From Acidimicrobiales bacterium (GTDB lineage: Bacteria > Actinomycetota > Acidimicrobiia > Acidimicrobiales > CATQHL01), in assembly GCA_965206165.1 (NCBI GenBank), contig OZ242194.1, positions 1,845,813 through 1,909,812 of the forward strand: DNA of 64,000 nt, written 5' to 3'. Within the stretch, counting starts at the first letter, position 1. The number at the start of each line of letters is the position of its first letter. Below are positions 19,060 to 28,834 of this stretch, in pieces. The notes beneath the pieces were generated by a model, which was given only the letters and a program-made list of their open reading frames with translations, made no database searches and was not told where the DNA came from. Made by a program: the position numbers and the translations under genes.

Positions 19060-20664
19060 GTGCGTTCGGGTTCGGAGTCTCCACGCAGCGATGTAGCGGT
19101 GCCCGGGCCGGCCTTCGGCCCCGAGCCGCTCTCCCCGACGTTGTTCCTCGACCGCAGCGCGCTGGTCTTCGGCGACCGGGTGGCCGTGATCGATGGCAAG
19201 CGCACCTTCACCTACGCCGAACTGCACGATCGGTGTCTCCGTCTGGCTGGGGCACTGCGCGCCGCGGGCGTCGGTCCGGGAGATCGCGTCTCGACCCTCG
19301 TGCCCAACACGCACGTGGCACTGGAGGCCCATTTCGGCGTGGCGTGGGCCGGCGCCGTGCTGAACGCGCTGAACACCCGCCTGTCGGCCGCCGAACTGAC
19401 CTGGATTGTCGGACATGCCCGTTCCGGGATTCTGATCTGCGACCACTCCCTACTCGACATCGGCGAGGCGATCATCGCCGCGGTCGATCACCCGGTCGAG
19501 TTGATCCGCTGCGGCGAGCCGGGCGGTGACTACGAGCAGCGCCTCGGGGCGGCTGACCCGCTGCACCACCAGATCGGCGACGAGTGGGGGATGCTGAGTC
19601 TCAACTACACCTCCGGCACCACCGGGCACCCGAAGGGGGTCATGTACTCCCACAGGGGCGCCTACCTGCAGGCCCTGGCGATGGTCGCCCAGGGAGGGCT
19701 CGGCCCCGCCACGGCGTTCCTGTGGACGCTGCCGATGTTCCACTGCAACGGCTGGTGCTACCCGTGGGCCGTCACCGCAGCCGGCGGCGTGCACGTGGCG
19801 CTGCGCCGGGTGCACCCCACCGACATCTGGACGGCAATCCATCATCGGGGGATCACCCACTTCAATGCCGCGCCCACCGTGCTGACGATGCTGGCGGCGC
19901 ATCCCGGTGCCGTCGCCGCGCCGGAGCCCGTGCACGTCGCCGTCGGTGGCGCCCCGCCGTCGCCCAGCCTGCTGGCGCGCCTCGCCGAGTTGAACCTGCA
20001 CGTCATGCACCTCTACGGGCTCACCGAGAGCTACGGGCCCGCCGTCATCTGCGACTGGCGGCCCGAGTGGGACGCGCTGCCGGCCGGCGAACAGGCCCGG
20101 CGCAAGGCCCGGCAGGGTGTCGCCAACATTGCCTCCTTGCCGCTGCGGGTGGTCGACACCGCCGGCCGCGACGTCCCCGCCGACGGGGCGACCCCCGGTG
20201 AGGTGGTGCTGCGGGGGAACATCGTCATGATCGGCTACTTCCGGGATCCCGAGGCGACCGCGGCCGCCACGCTCGAGCGCCCGGACGGCGCGTGGTTCCG
20301 CACGGGCGATGTGGGTGTCGTGCATCCCGACGGCTACATGGAGGTGCGCGACCGCGCCAAGGACGTGATCATCAGCGGCGGGGAGAACATCACGTCCATC
20401 GAAGTGGAGCAGGTACTCGCCCGTCACCCGGACGTGCTGGAGTCGGCGGTCGTGGGGGCTCCCGACGAGACCTGGGGCGAGGTGCCCGTGGCGTTCGTCT
20501 CGCTGCGTCCAGGGGCCGCGGTAACCGAGCAGGAACTCATCGACTTCGTGCGCGCCGCGATCGCACGCTTCAAGGCCCCCAAACGGGTGATCTTCGGCGA
20601 TCTCCCCAAGACCAGCACCGGGAAGATCCAGAAATACGTCCTGCGGGAGCGCCTACGGGACTAG
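19060..20664 (+). CDS. Acyl-CoA synthetase (AMP-binding enzyme); start uncertain
   Basis: YTSGTTGHPKG, YGLTESYG, FRTGD, DRAKDVIISGGENI, PKTSTGKIQK. Confidence 0.93.
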   Translation: MRSGSESPRSDVAVPGPAFGPEPLSPTLFLDRSALVFGDRVAVIDGKRTFTYAELHDRCLRLAGALRAAGVGPGDRVSTLVPNTHVALEAHFGVAWAGAVLNALNTRLSAAELTWIVGHARSGILICDHSLLDIGEAIIAAVDHPVELIRCGEPGGDYEQRLGAADPLHHQIGDEWGMLSLNYTSGTTGHPKGVMYSHRGAYLQALAMVAQGGLGPATAFLWTLPMFHCNGWCYPWAVTAAGGVHVALRRVHPTDIWTAIHHRGITHFNAAPTVLTMLAAHPGAVAAPEPVHVAVGGAPPSPSLLARLAELNLHVMHLYGLTESYGPAVICDWRPEWDALPAGEQARRKARQGVANIASLPLRVVDTAGRDVPADGATPGEVVLRGNIVMIGYFRDPEATAAATLERPDGAWFRTGDVGVVHPDGYMEVRDRAKDVIISGGENITSIEVEQVLARHPDVLESAVVGAPDETWGEVPVAFVSLRPGAAVTEQELIDFVRAAIARFKAPKRVIFGDLPKTSTGKIQKYVLRERLRD

Positions 20665-20719
20665 GAGTCATCGCGCGAACCCGGCCGTCCAGGACGACCC
20701 GCAGCCTGGTGCAACTCGC

Positions 20720-21730
20720 TTATCCGATCTCCTCGATGGCGACCGGCCGGCGTTCGCGTGCTGAACGCCACGCGGCGAGGGCCATGACCAGCGCCGCACG
20801 GCCGTCGGCGAGGGTGCAGGGGGACGGGGCTCCGCGCACCATGGCCACGAAGTCCGACCACTCGGTGACGTACGACGGGAGGTAGCGCTCCACGAAGAAG
20901 TACGGCAGGCCCGGCCCGCTCGACCCGTCCGGGCCGCGGCTCATGGCGGTGGCGACCGGGGGGTTGTTCGAGGCAGCCATGCCCGCCGAGCCGAACACCT
21001 CCACGCGCTGGTCGTAGCCGTACACCGCTTGGCGGCTGTTGTCGATGGTGCTGATGGCGCCGCTGGGGTGGCGGCAGACGACGACCGCTGTGTCCAGGTC
21101 GCCTACCGAGCCGATCGCCTCGTCGACGAGCACCGAACCGGTGGCGTACACCTCGGTCACCTCGAGGCCGGAGACGAACCGCACCATGTCGAAGTCGTGG
21201 ATGGTCATGTCGCAGAAGAGGCCTCCGGAGACCTCCAGAGTCAGCAGGGTCGGCGGGGGCGCCGGGTCGCGGCTGGTGACCCGTACCAGATGCACGTCGC
21301 CCAGGTCGCCCGTGGCCACCTTGTCGCGCACGTAGCGGTGGCTGGCGTCGAAGCGCCGGTTGAACCCCACCTGCACGGCGATGCCCGCAGCCTCCGCCGC
21401 GGCGATGCCGCGGTCCACCTCGCCGAGTTCCAGGGATAGCGGTTTCTCCACGAAGGTGGGCTTGCCGGCGACGGCAGTGGCGACGAGTAGATCGATGTGG
21501 GTGTCGGCGGACGTGCAGATCGCCACGGCATCGGTGTCGCCCGAAGCGATCAGATCCTCTGCGCTCGAGGCGCGCCGCGCGCCGAAACGCCTGGAGAGTT
21601 CGGCCGCAGCGGCGTCCACGATGTCGTAGACGACCGCCAGTTCTGCGCCGGGGACCTGGTGGGCGAGCAACTCGGCGTGCATCCGCCCGATGCGGCCGCA
21701 GCCGAGCAGGCCGACGCGTACGGCGCTCAC
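20720..21730 (-). CDS. iolG: Inositol 2-dehydrogenase (Gfo/Idh/MocA family)
   Basis: GCGRIG, EKP, GFNRRFD, SRDP, DMTIHDFD, YGYDQRVEVFG, FFVERY. Confidence 0.88.
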   Translation of the reverse strand: MSAVRVGLLGCGRIGRMHAELLAHQVPGAELAVVYDIVDAAAAELSRRFGARRASSAEDLIASGDTDAVAICTSADTHIDLLVATAVAGKPTFVEKPLSLELGEVDRGIAAAEAAGIAVQVGFNRRFDASHRYVRDKVATGDLGDVHLVRVTSRDPAPPPTLLTLEVSGGLFCDMTIHDFDMVRFVSGLEVTEVYATGSVLVDEAIGSVGDLDTAVVVCRHPSGAISTIDNSRQAVYGYDQRVEVFGSAGMAASNNPPVATAMSRGPDGSSGPGLPYFFVERYLPSYVTEWSDFVAMVRGAPSPCTLADGRAALVMALAAWRSARERRPVAIEEIG

Positions 21731-21809
21731 CGGGCACCCGGAGCGGGCAGATCGGTCCGCGGAGCGCCCTGGGCGACTCGGACGGGTCGGTCGGGGCGCG
21801 GTGAGTGCA

Positions 21810-23279
21810 TCATCGGCCCCTTTCGGTCAGCGCCACCGGCTTGTTGGTCCCGAAGGGCTTGAGGTCGGAAACCACCCGACCGTTGCTCACGGCGACAGGG
21901 TAGAGATCCACAGGCGCGGTGGCCGGGCGGCGAACCGCGTTGCCCGTGCTCAGGTCGAAGCGGCCATTGTGCTTGGGGCACTCCACGACGCTCCCGAGCA
22001 CCACGCCGTCAGCCAGGTGTGCCCGGCCGTGGGTGCACAGCCCGTCGGTGAGGACGAGAGTGCCGTCGTCGAGCCGGAAGAGGGCGTAGGAGACGCCGTC
22101 CACTGCCACGCGTCGACCGCCTCCACGGGGTGGCGAGTCGGCGGGGCCGAGATCCACGAGCCCGTCGTGCCGATCGCCGGCCCAGACGACCTGCCCTGTG
22201 TCGACGTGGGCGCGCTCTGCCCGCGGAACATCGGGCACGTCATCGCGGGGCCTGTCGTAGGACGGGTCGCGCCACTGGCGCCACACCGTCGAGAGGATCT
22301 CGCGATAGGCGACGATGGTGTTCGGCGACGCCGGCGCCAGGTGGCCCTTCAGTTCCTCGTGCAATGAGGGGAGGGCGTAGTACGGAACGGTGGGGAAGAT
22401 GTGGTGCTCGACGTGATAGTTCATGTTGGAGTACAGGAACCGGAAGAACGGGTTCATGTACACCGTGCGCGTGTTGAGACGGTGATCGAGCACGTCCTCC
22501 TGCCCACCGGCGTGCTGCATGAGGCCGAAGAAGACGTACAGCCAGGCGCCGTAGAACGAGGGCAGGCCCACGAACAGCAGGGGCACGATCGAGCCGATGG
22601 CCACGGACCACGCCACGGCGCCGGCCAGGACGGCGACGTAGACACGGGCCTCCCAGCGGAGCTTGGGCAGCTCGTCGGCGGGAATGAAATCGCGGGCGTC
22701 GCCGTCGATGTGCCCGAAGGCGTGTTGCAACGTGCGCCAGACTGCCTTTGGCAGTTGCACGACCGGGACGAACACCAGCGACACCGCAAGAGGTCCTGAA
22801 GGGCGGGGGATGGCGATTTCCGGGTCACGGCCCACCACGATGGTGTCGGTGTGGTGGCGCACGTGCGTCCAGCGCCAGAGGGTGGCCTGCCGCCAGACCA
22901 TGAACGACGCCAAGTGGTAGACGACGAGGTTGGCGAGTCTGGAGCGGAACGCCGTGCCGTGGCCGCACTCGTGCCAGCGGGAGTCGGCGGCGCCGCCGTA
23001 GAGAGCGCCGTAGGCGGCGAAGGCCGGCACGGCCCACCACGAGCCCAGCGACAGGAAGGCGAGGTAGCCCATCCCGCCCAGCAGCGCCAGCCAGCCGATG
23101 GTGTCGCGGGCGGCCCGGGCGTTGGTGCGCACCTGCAACTGCTGGAGGAGCACGGGATCGATCGGCGGCCGGAACCACTCGGCTTCGACGAGCCCCGCAG
23201 CGCGCGCCCGCGCCGCTTCGGGTCCGGTGAGGCTGTAGTCGCGCCGGGGCGGCTTGGCTGCAGTCGCGGTGGGCGCCAT
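21810..23279 (-). CDS. MocD-like membrane di-iron (desaturase-family) oxygenase fused to a MocE-like Rieske ferredoxin
   Basis: N-terminus RDYSLTG..AEW as in MocD; His boxes HECGH, HVRHH, QH, HVEHH; C-terminal Rieske motifs CTH and CPKH. Confidence 0.85.
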   Translation of the reverse strand: MAPTATAAKPPRRDYSLTGPEAARARAAGLVEAEWFRPPIDPVLLQQLQVRTNARAARDTIGWLALLGGMGYLAFLSLGSWWAVPAFAAYGALYGGAADSRWHECGHGTAFRSRLANLVVYHLASFMVWRQATLWRWTHVRHHTDTIVVGRDPEIAIPRPSGPLAVSLVFVPVVQLPKAVWRTLQHAFGHIDGDARDFIPADELPKLRWEARVYVAVLAGAVAWSVAIGSIVPLLFVGLPSFYGAWLYVFFGLMQHAGGQEDVLDHRLNTRTVYMNPFFRFLYSNMNYHVEHHIFPTVPYYALPSLHEELKGHLAPASPNTIVAYREILSTVWRQWRDPSYDRPRDDVPDVPRAERAHVDTGQVVWAGDRHDGLVDLGPADSPPRGGGRRVAVDGVSYALFRLDDGTLVLTDGLCTHGRAHLADGVVLGSVVECPKHNGRFDLSTGNAVRRPATAPVDLYPVAVSNGRVVSDLKPFGTNKPVALTERGR

Positions 23280-24511
23280 TACCGATCTTCCCGTCCATCC
23301 GGCGGAGCCGGCGGGCCGGTGAGCCGATCAGACCCCTCGTCGTCCCGCACGGACACCACATTTTCCCAGCAACCGGTGAGGTTGCTGCGTAGCAGGGCCG
23401 CCTGCACGCTCACCGTCGCCAGCGCCTGCTCCAGGCTGGCGGAGTGGGGTCGTCCCTCGGCCACAGCGGTGAGGAATTCGTGGTCCTCGATGGCCACCGT
23501 GTCCTCGAAACCGAGCGCGTTGGCGTCGCCGGGCACGAAGTTGCGGTGGTACGGGTGGCGCTCGCCGCCGCGGACCAGGGTGTAGCCCTGCAGCGGGTCG
23601 TCGGCGCGGAACACCCGCAGTTCGTTCATGGTCTCGAAGTTCCAACTCAGGGCGCCCGCAGTGCCGTACACGTCGAACGCCATCTGGCTCTGGGGACCCA
23701 CGATCGTCCGGCTCGCCTCGAAGGTGCCCCGGCTGCCGTTGGCGAAGACGGCGAGGGCGCCGAAGTAGTCCTCGTTGGTGACGCGACCCCTGGGGTCATC
23801 CGGTGCGCCACGGTCGTAGTGGGTGCCGGCACCGGAAGGCAGTGGTCGCTCGGAGATGAACGTCTCGCTCGTGCCCACCACTCTGGTGATCGGGCCATTG
23901 AGCATCATGGCGAGGTCGATGGCGTGGCTGAGGATGTCCGTCGATGCTCCGTGACCGGCCTCGGTGCGCAGGAACCGCCAGGTGAGCAACCCCAGAGGAT
24001 CGGCGCCGTACATCGAGAAGAAGCGCCCGCGATAGTTGGTGATGACTCCCAACTCGTCCGCTTCGATGAGCTGTCGCGCCTCGATGACGAGCGGGGCGAA
24101 GCGGTAGTTGTAGCCGACGCCCGTGATGACCGCGGCCTCTCGGCAGGCGCGTTCGATCCTCGCGGTCTGCTCCGGAGTGCCGCCGACCGGTTTCTCGCAG
24201 AACACGTGGCGACCTTCGACAGCGGCCGCCACTGCGACCGGCTCGTGCAGCATGTTGGGCGCGCAGATCACGACCACGTCGGTATCGGGGTGCTCCACAG
24301 CCTCGCGCCAGTCGTCCGTGGCCGCGGAGAAGCCGAAGGCACTGGTAGCGGCTCGGCGGCGGGCGGCCAGAGTGTCCGCACACACGACCAACCGGGGCTC
24401 GTAGACCCGTTCGGGAAACAGCGTCGGGAGGCGCATGTACGAGCGGGAGTGGGCCTGGCCCATCCAGCCGAAGCCGATCACGGCCAGACCGATCGGCCGC
24501 CGGAGGATCAA
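23279..24511 (-). CDS. Gfo/Idh/MocA family oxidoreductase
   Basis: GFGWMGQAHS, CEKP, GYNYR, DILSH; TTG start overlaps the upstream stop. Confidence 0.9.
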   Translation of the reverse strand: MILRRPIGLAVIGFGWMGQAHSRSYMRLPTLFPERVYEPRLVVCADTLAARRRAATSAFGFSAATDDWREAVEHPDTDVVVICAPNMLHEPVAVAAAVEGRHVFCEKPVGGTPEQTARIERACREAAVITGVGYNYRFAPLVIEARQLIEADELGVITNYRGRFFSMYGADPLGLLTWRFLRTEAGHGASTDILSHAIDLAMMLNGPITRVVGTSETFISERPLPSGAGTHYDRGAPDDPRGRVTNEDYFGALAVFANGSRGTFEASRTIVGPQSQMAFDVYGTAGALSWNFETMNELRVFRADDPLQGYTLVRGGERHPYHRNFVPGDANALGFEDTVAIEDHEFLTAVAEGRPHSASLEQALATVSVQAALLRSNLTGCWENVVSVRDDEGSDRLTGPPAPPDGREDR

Positions 24512-25479
24512 GGCACGGCTCCCTTCGGATGCCGGCGCCGGCGGTCCACCGCCGGGTCGGCGGCAGCCGGGTCCAGCAGGTGCTCGGGAGTGCCGCCGCG
24601 CAGCCACGTGAGAGCCTGCGCGAGCGCCTGGCTCGCGAGCCGGATCTCGCCGACGGTGGTTGCCGAGGCAACGTGCGGGGTGACCACAACGTCGTCGCGG
24701 TGCAGGAGCGGGTGATCGGCCGGCAGCGGCTCCGGATCGGTCACGTCCAGCCCGGCTCCGGCGACGTGGCCGGACTCGAGGGCTGCGAGGAGGGCGTCGT
24801 GATCCAGCAGCGAGCCACGGGCGCAGTTGACGATCACCACGCCGGGGCGCATTGCCGCCAGCGAGGCGGAGTTGACGAGGTGGCGCGTAGCCGGTGTGGC
24901 GGGGGCGTGCAGCGACACGACATCGGCGGCCGCCCAGATCTCCTCGAGGTCGACCAACCTGCCGACGGGTGCGGCGTCGAGATGAGGGTCGTGTGCCAGT
25001 ACGCGCATACCCAGCGCCTCGACGTAGCCACCAAGGCGCCTCCCGATGCGCCCGCAGCCGATGAGACCGAGCGTGCGGCCGTCGAGTTCGAGTCCGCCGA
25101 CCGCTGCCGCCGTCCCGATGAGACCACTGCCGTCGCGGAGGCTGCGCTCGGCAGTCTTGAGACGCTTGCTGAGGGCCAGCAGCAGTGCCAGGGCATGCTC
25201 GGCGGTCGACACCGTGGGCGCGTCGGGAGCGTTGCAGGCGGCGACGCCGTGCGCGGCGCAGGCTGCAACGTCCACGTTGTCGAAGCCGATGCCACGTCGA
25301 GCCACGACCTTCAGATCGGGTAGTCGCCGGCAGGCGGTGCCGTCCCAGAACTCACCCGAACCCACGATCACGGCCTCCGCGCCCGACGGGCCGTCGTTGA
25401 GGTCCACGTCGGCGGGTATCTCCGTATCCGCCGACGGCCGGTCGATCCAGACCCGATAGCGCCGCTCCGTCCGCCTCAT
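24508..25479 (-). CDS. D-isomer-specific 2-hydroxyacid dehydrogenase (SerA-like)
   Basis: GIGFDNVD, GCGRIG, NCARG, DVTDPEP, TPHVA; ATGA coupling. Confidence 0.9.
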   Translation of the reverse strand: MRRTERRYRVWIDRPSADTEIPADVDLNDGPSGAEAVIVGSGEFWDGTACRRLPDLKVVARRGIGFDNVDVAACAAHGVAACNAPDAPTVSTAEHALALLLALSKRLKTAERSLRDGSGLIGTAAAVGGLELDGRTLGLIGCGRIGRRLGGYVEALGMRVLAHDPHLDAAPVGRLVDLEEIWAAADVVSLHAPATPATRHLVNSASLAAMRPGVVIVNCARGSLLDHDALLAALESGHVAGAGLDVTDPEPLPADHPLLHRDDVVVTPHVASATTVGEIRLASQALAQALTWLRGGTPEHLLDPAAADPAVDRRRRHPKGAVP

Positions 25480-26123
25480 GGCGGCGGCGCCGGGACGATC
25501 CCGCTGACGGTTGCGACCCCCAGGGCATCGGCGGCGCAGAGATTCCAGGCGTCGGCCGCAACGGCGTCGGGTAACAGCGGCGCGGCCAGAGCGCACAGCG
25601 TGAACACCACGCGGGTCCCGGCCGGCGGGTAGCCGGGCCAGTCCGCCCTCCCGTCGGTTCGCCAGAGCGGGCGCACACCCTGGGGAAGCGGCCCTCCGAA
25701 CAGCCCGGCACTCGACGGCCCGAGCCCGGCGATCGCCCACAGGATCGGGGGCTCGGTGGGATCGAAGGCGCTGACCAGCAGCACCAACTCGGTCGTTCCC
25801 GCAGGAATGTTCCACCATGCCAGCGTGGGGGGTTCACCCGCCAGGGTGGCTGCGAGCGGCAGATCCCCACCCGGCTCGAAGTTTGCTCCCTCGACCAGCA
25901 TCCCGCCAGGCCCCTGGCTCTGGTTGACCGGCACGTAGCGGGCCTGGGAGGCCACGAACCCGGGCGGGGCTCGCAACTCCCGCCCCGACGAGCCGCACCC
26001 AGCAGCGGTGACCGCACACGCCAGGAAGCCGAGCAGGACGATTCTGGCGGCCGGGCGGCGCCGCGACCCGCCGATTTGCCCGGTGGCATCCGACGTAGTG
26101 GAGCGTGCCCGGCGATGTCGCAC
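25476..26123 (-). CDS. Putative lipoprotein, YbhB/YbcL (PEBP)-like; start uncertain
   Basis: Lipobox-like TAAGC, PTLAWWNIPAGTTELVLL, YPPAG..FTLCAL. Confidence 0.6.
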   Translation of the reverse strand: MRHRRARSTTSDATGQIGGSRRRPAARIVLLGFLACAVTAAGCGSSGRELRAPPGFVASQARYVPVNQSQGPGGMLVEGANFEPGGDLPLAATLAGEPPTLAWWNIPAGTTELVLLVSAFDPTEPPILWAIAGLGPSSAGLFGGPLPQGVRPLWRTDGRADWPGYPPAGTRVVFTLCALAAPLLPDAVAADAWNLCAADALGVATVSGIVPAPPP

Positions 26124-26236
26124 GACGCCAGCGTAGGAACCGCACTCGTGCGCGCCACCGATGCCGGTCGGAAATTCCCGTCCGACGCCCCACGCTGGGG
26201 GAGACTTGACCTTTAGTCGGCCCCGGGGAGCGTGGC

Positions 26237-27496
26237 ATGGCCCGAACCTTCCCGCTGCTGCGGAGCCTTCTCCTGCGGCGCATACCAGAGCGGGGACGCG
26301 GCGCGCCCGAGGAGCGGCACTGGACCGGCGTGCAGAGCCTGGTGGCACTTGGGCTGCTGGCGGTTGTCAGCGTGGTCGTCGGGATCCTGCTCGGTGCGAG
26401 CGCGGACCGCCTGGAGAAGCTGGGTGGGCTGCTCCTGATGGTGCCGGCGGCCATCGCTCTGCAGGGGAAGATCTTCGGGGCGCTGGGATCCCGCCTGGGT
26501 ACGGCCATCCACGCCGGTACCTTCCGCCTGAGCCTGCGCCCCGCCACCGTCGTCGGCGAGAACATCCTGGCCGGCCTGGCGCTGAGCGTCGTGACCTCGG
26601 CGGTCCTGGCGATGCTGGCGAAGGCGACGGCGGAACTCTTCAACATCGCCGAGTCCATGAGCCTGGCGTCCTTCGTGGTCATCAGCGTGCTCGGCGGCGT
26701 CATCTCGTCGCTGTTCGTAGCGGTCGTGGCGCTGGGCATGGCCGCCGGTTCGGTCCGCTTCGGCTGGGATCCCGACAACGTGACGGCACCGCTGGTGACG
26801 GCCGCCGCCGATGTCATCACGCTGCCGGTCCTGCTGCTCGTGCTGCCGCTCGCCGAGTCCGCGTCTGTCGTCGGAGCCGTGGCGGTCGTCTGCGGCGCGG
26901 CTGCCGTGGTGACAGCGGCGGGTTCCTGGCGGCTGGGCCGGCCGTCGCTGCGCGGCATTCTGCGGGAGTCCTTCGGAGTTCTGGTCGTGGCACTCCTGTT
27001 CGACCTGGCGGCCGGCGTGATCATCGAGCAGCAGGAATCGTTCTTCGGGCGCTTGCCGAGCCTGCTCGTGCTGCTGCCGGGCTACCTGGCTGTTGGGGGC
27101 GCCCTCGGCGGGATTCTCTCCAGCCGGCTGGCCTCCAAGTTGCACCTCGGCCTCATCGAACCGGCGGCGCTGCCAGGTCGCGACGCCCGCCGCGAGGTGC
27201 GCAACACCTTCTTGCTGGGTCTCCCCGTGCTGGCGGGCACCGCGGCGCTGGCTTATGGGGCCGCCCGGCTTGCGGGTCTCGCGGGCCCCGGCGCCGGCGG
27301 CATGATCGGCGCCGCGCTGCTGGGTGGTGTGGTCGCCGTGGCGGTGGCGTCCTTCGTGGCGTACTACGGCACGATCCTCGCCGAGCGGGTGGGGGTGGAC
27401 CCGGACACCTACGGCATTCCTCTGGTGAGTTCGGCGATGGACCTCGTCGGTGCGCTCACGCTGGTGGCGGCGCTGGCAGCACTGGGGATCCTGTGA
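26237..27496 (+). CDS. MgtE/SLC41-type divalent cation transporter (two membrane repeats)
   Basis: Duplicated motifs GALGSRLGT/GILSSRLAS and WDPDNVTAPLVT..D / VDPDTYGIPLVS..D. Confidence 0.85.
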   Translation: MARTFPLLRSLLLRRIPERGRGAPEERHWTGVQSLVALGLLAVVSVVVGILLGASADRLEKLGGLLLMVPAAIALQGKIFGALGSRLGTAIHAGTFRLSLRPATVVGENILAGLALSVVTSAVLAMLAKATAELFNIAESMSLASFVVISVLGGVISSLFVAVVALGMAAGSVRFGWDPDNVTAPLVTAAADVITLPVLLLVLPLAESASVVGAVAVVCGAAAVVTAAGSWRLGRPSLRGILRESFGVLVVALLFDLAAGVIIEQQESFFGRLPSLLVLLPGYLAVGGALGGILSSRLASKLHLGLIEPAALPGRDARREVRNTFLLGLPVLAGTAALAYGAARLAGLAGPGAGGMIGAALLGGVVAVAVASFVAYYGTILAERVGVDPDTYGIPLVSSAMDLVGALTLVAALAALGIL

Positions 27497-28818
27497 TGGC
27501 CACTTCCCGCAGGGTGTCGGCCTCGTCGATGAGGGCGCCGCGGCGGCGTCGCGATAGCCTCGCGGAGACACCGATGGATGATCGCCCCCGGAATCTCCGC
27601 TCCATGCTCGCTGAGGCCAAGGATCTCAGCGAGTTGATGGTCGACTTGGCGTACGCGTCGGTCTACTTCGGCGACCCGGAGTTGGCCACCGAGGTGCGCG
27701 ACCTCGAGGAGCGGATGAGCGACCTGGTGCACGACATGCGCGCCGTGTGCGTCAAGGCGGCGCGCCGACCCCGGGATGCCGAGGGCATGTCGTCGGTGCT
27801 GCAGGTGGTGAGCGCCATCGAGCGCATCGCCAACGACGCGGTTGACATCGCCCGGGTCGTCACACACCGGCTGGGGATCCCTGCCGAGCTCGTGGTGGCG
27901 CTGTCGGCAGCCGAGGAGGTGTCGCACCGGGTTCAAGTCCGGGAGGGCTCCGACATGGCGCACTGCCCCGTTGCCGCCCTCGAACTGCCCGTGGCCACAG
28001 GCATGCGCATCATGGCCATCCGCCGGGGTCGGGAGTGGATCACCGGTGTGGACGGCGACAGCATGCTGATGGCGGGCGACGCGCTGTTCATGCGCGGCTC
28101 GCCCGACGGCATCGGTCGCCTGCGGGAGCTTGCCGGCGACGAGGCCTGGGTCCCACCTGTGGCGCCGGAGGATCCCTGGATCACCGACCTCGACCGGGCC
28201 ATGGATGTTCTCGTGGAGATGAAGAACCTCTCCGAGGTGGCAGTGGACCTGGCGTACTCGACGCTCGTGCTCGGCGACCCCGGTCTCGCCGCTCAGGTCC
28301 GGCATCTCGAGGGTCGCCTCGACGACATGAACGACCGGTTGGAGTTGTGGGTGCTGCGCGCCGCCGCCGACTCCACCGATCCCGGTCCGCTGCGCGGACT
28401 GCTGCACATCTCGAACGCCGCGGAGGATCTCGGCGATCAGGCCAAGCAGATGGTGTGGCTCGTGGAGAAGGGCGAGGACGTGCATCCCATCCTGGAGATC
28501 GCCCTCGGCGACTCCGACGAGGTGGTGGTCAACTATCCGGTGGCCGAGGGTTCCCCCGTCGACGGCTGCTCCCTGGCCGAGTTGGGGTTGAACATCGAGC
28601 CCGGGTTCACGGTGCTGACGCTGGTACGGGGCCGGAAGTACGTCTACCGGCCGCGTGGCCGCACGGTCCTGCAGGCCGGCGACGAGGTCATCGCCTCGGG
28701 ACCCGACGAGGGGTGCGAGGCGCTTGCCGCCCTGCTGGGGTGGGAGTTGGAGCGAGACGACGAGGCCGGTACGGACCGGTTGCTTCCCCGAGCGGGCGTG
28801 CTCGGGGTACTGGCCTGA
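27496..28818 (+). CDS. Tandem PhoU + TrkA-C (RCK_C) domain protein
   Basis: Two repeats KDLSELMVDLAY / KNLSEVAVDLAY, each followed by an RCK_C-like segment; alternative start at 27574. Confidence 0.82.
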   Translation: MATSRRVSASSMRAPRRRRDSLAETPMDDRPRNLRSMLAEAKDLSELMVDLAYASVYFGDPELATEVRDLEERMSDLVHDMRAVCVKAARRPRDAEGMSSVLQVVSAIERIANDAVDIARVVTHRLGIPAELVVALSAAEEVSHRVQVREGSDMAHCPVAALELPVATGMRIMAIRRGREWITGVDGDSMLMAGDALFMRGSPDGIGRLRELAGDEAWVPPVAPEDPWITDLDRAMDVLVEMKNLSEVAVDLAYSTLVLGDPGLAAQVRHLEGRLDDMNDRLELWVLRAAADSTDPGPLRGLLHISNAAEDLGDQAKQMVWLVEKGEDVHPILEIALGDSDEVVVNYPVAEGSPVDGCSLAELGLNIEPGFTVLTLVRGRKYVYRPRGRTVLQAGDEVIASGPDEGCEALAALLGWELERDDEAGTDRLLPRAGVLGVLA

Positions 28819-28834
28819 GCGCCGCGGTGGGATC

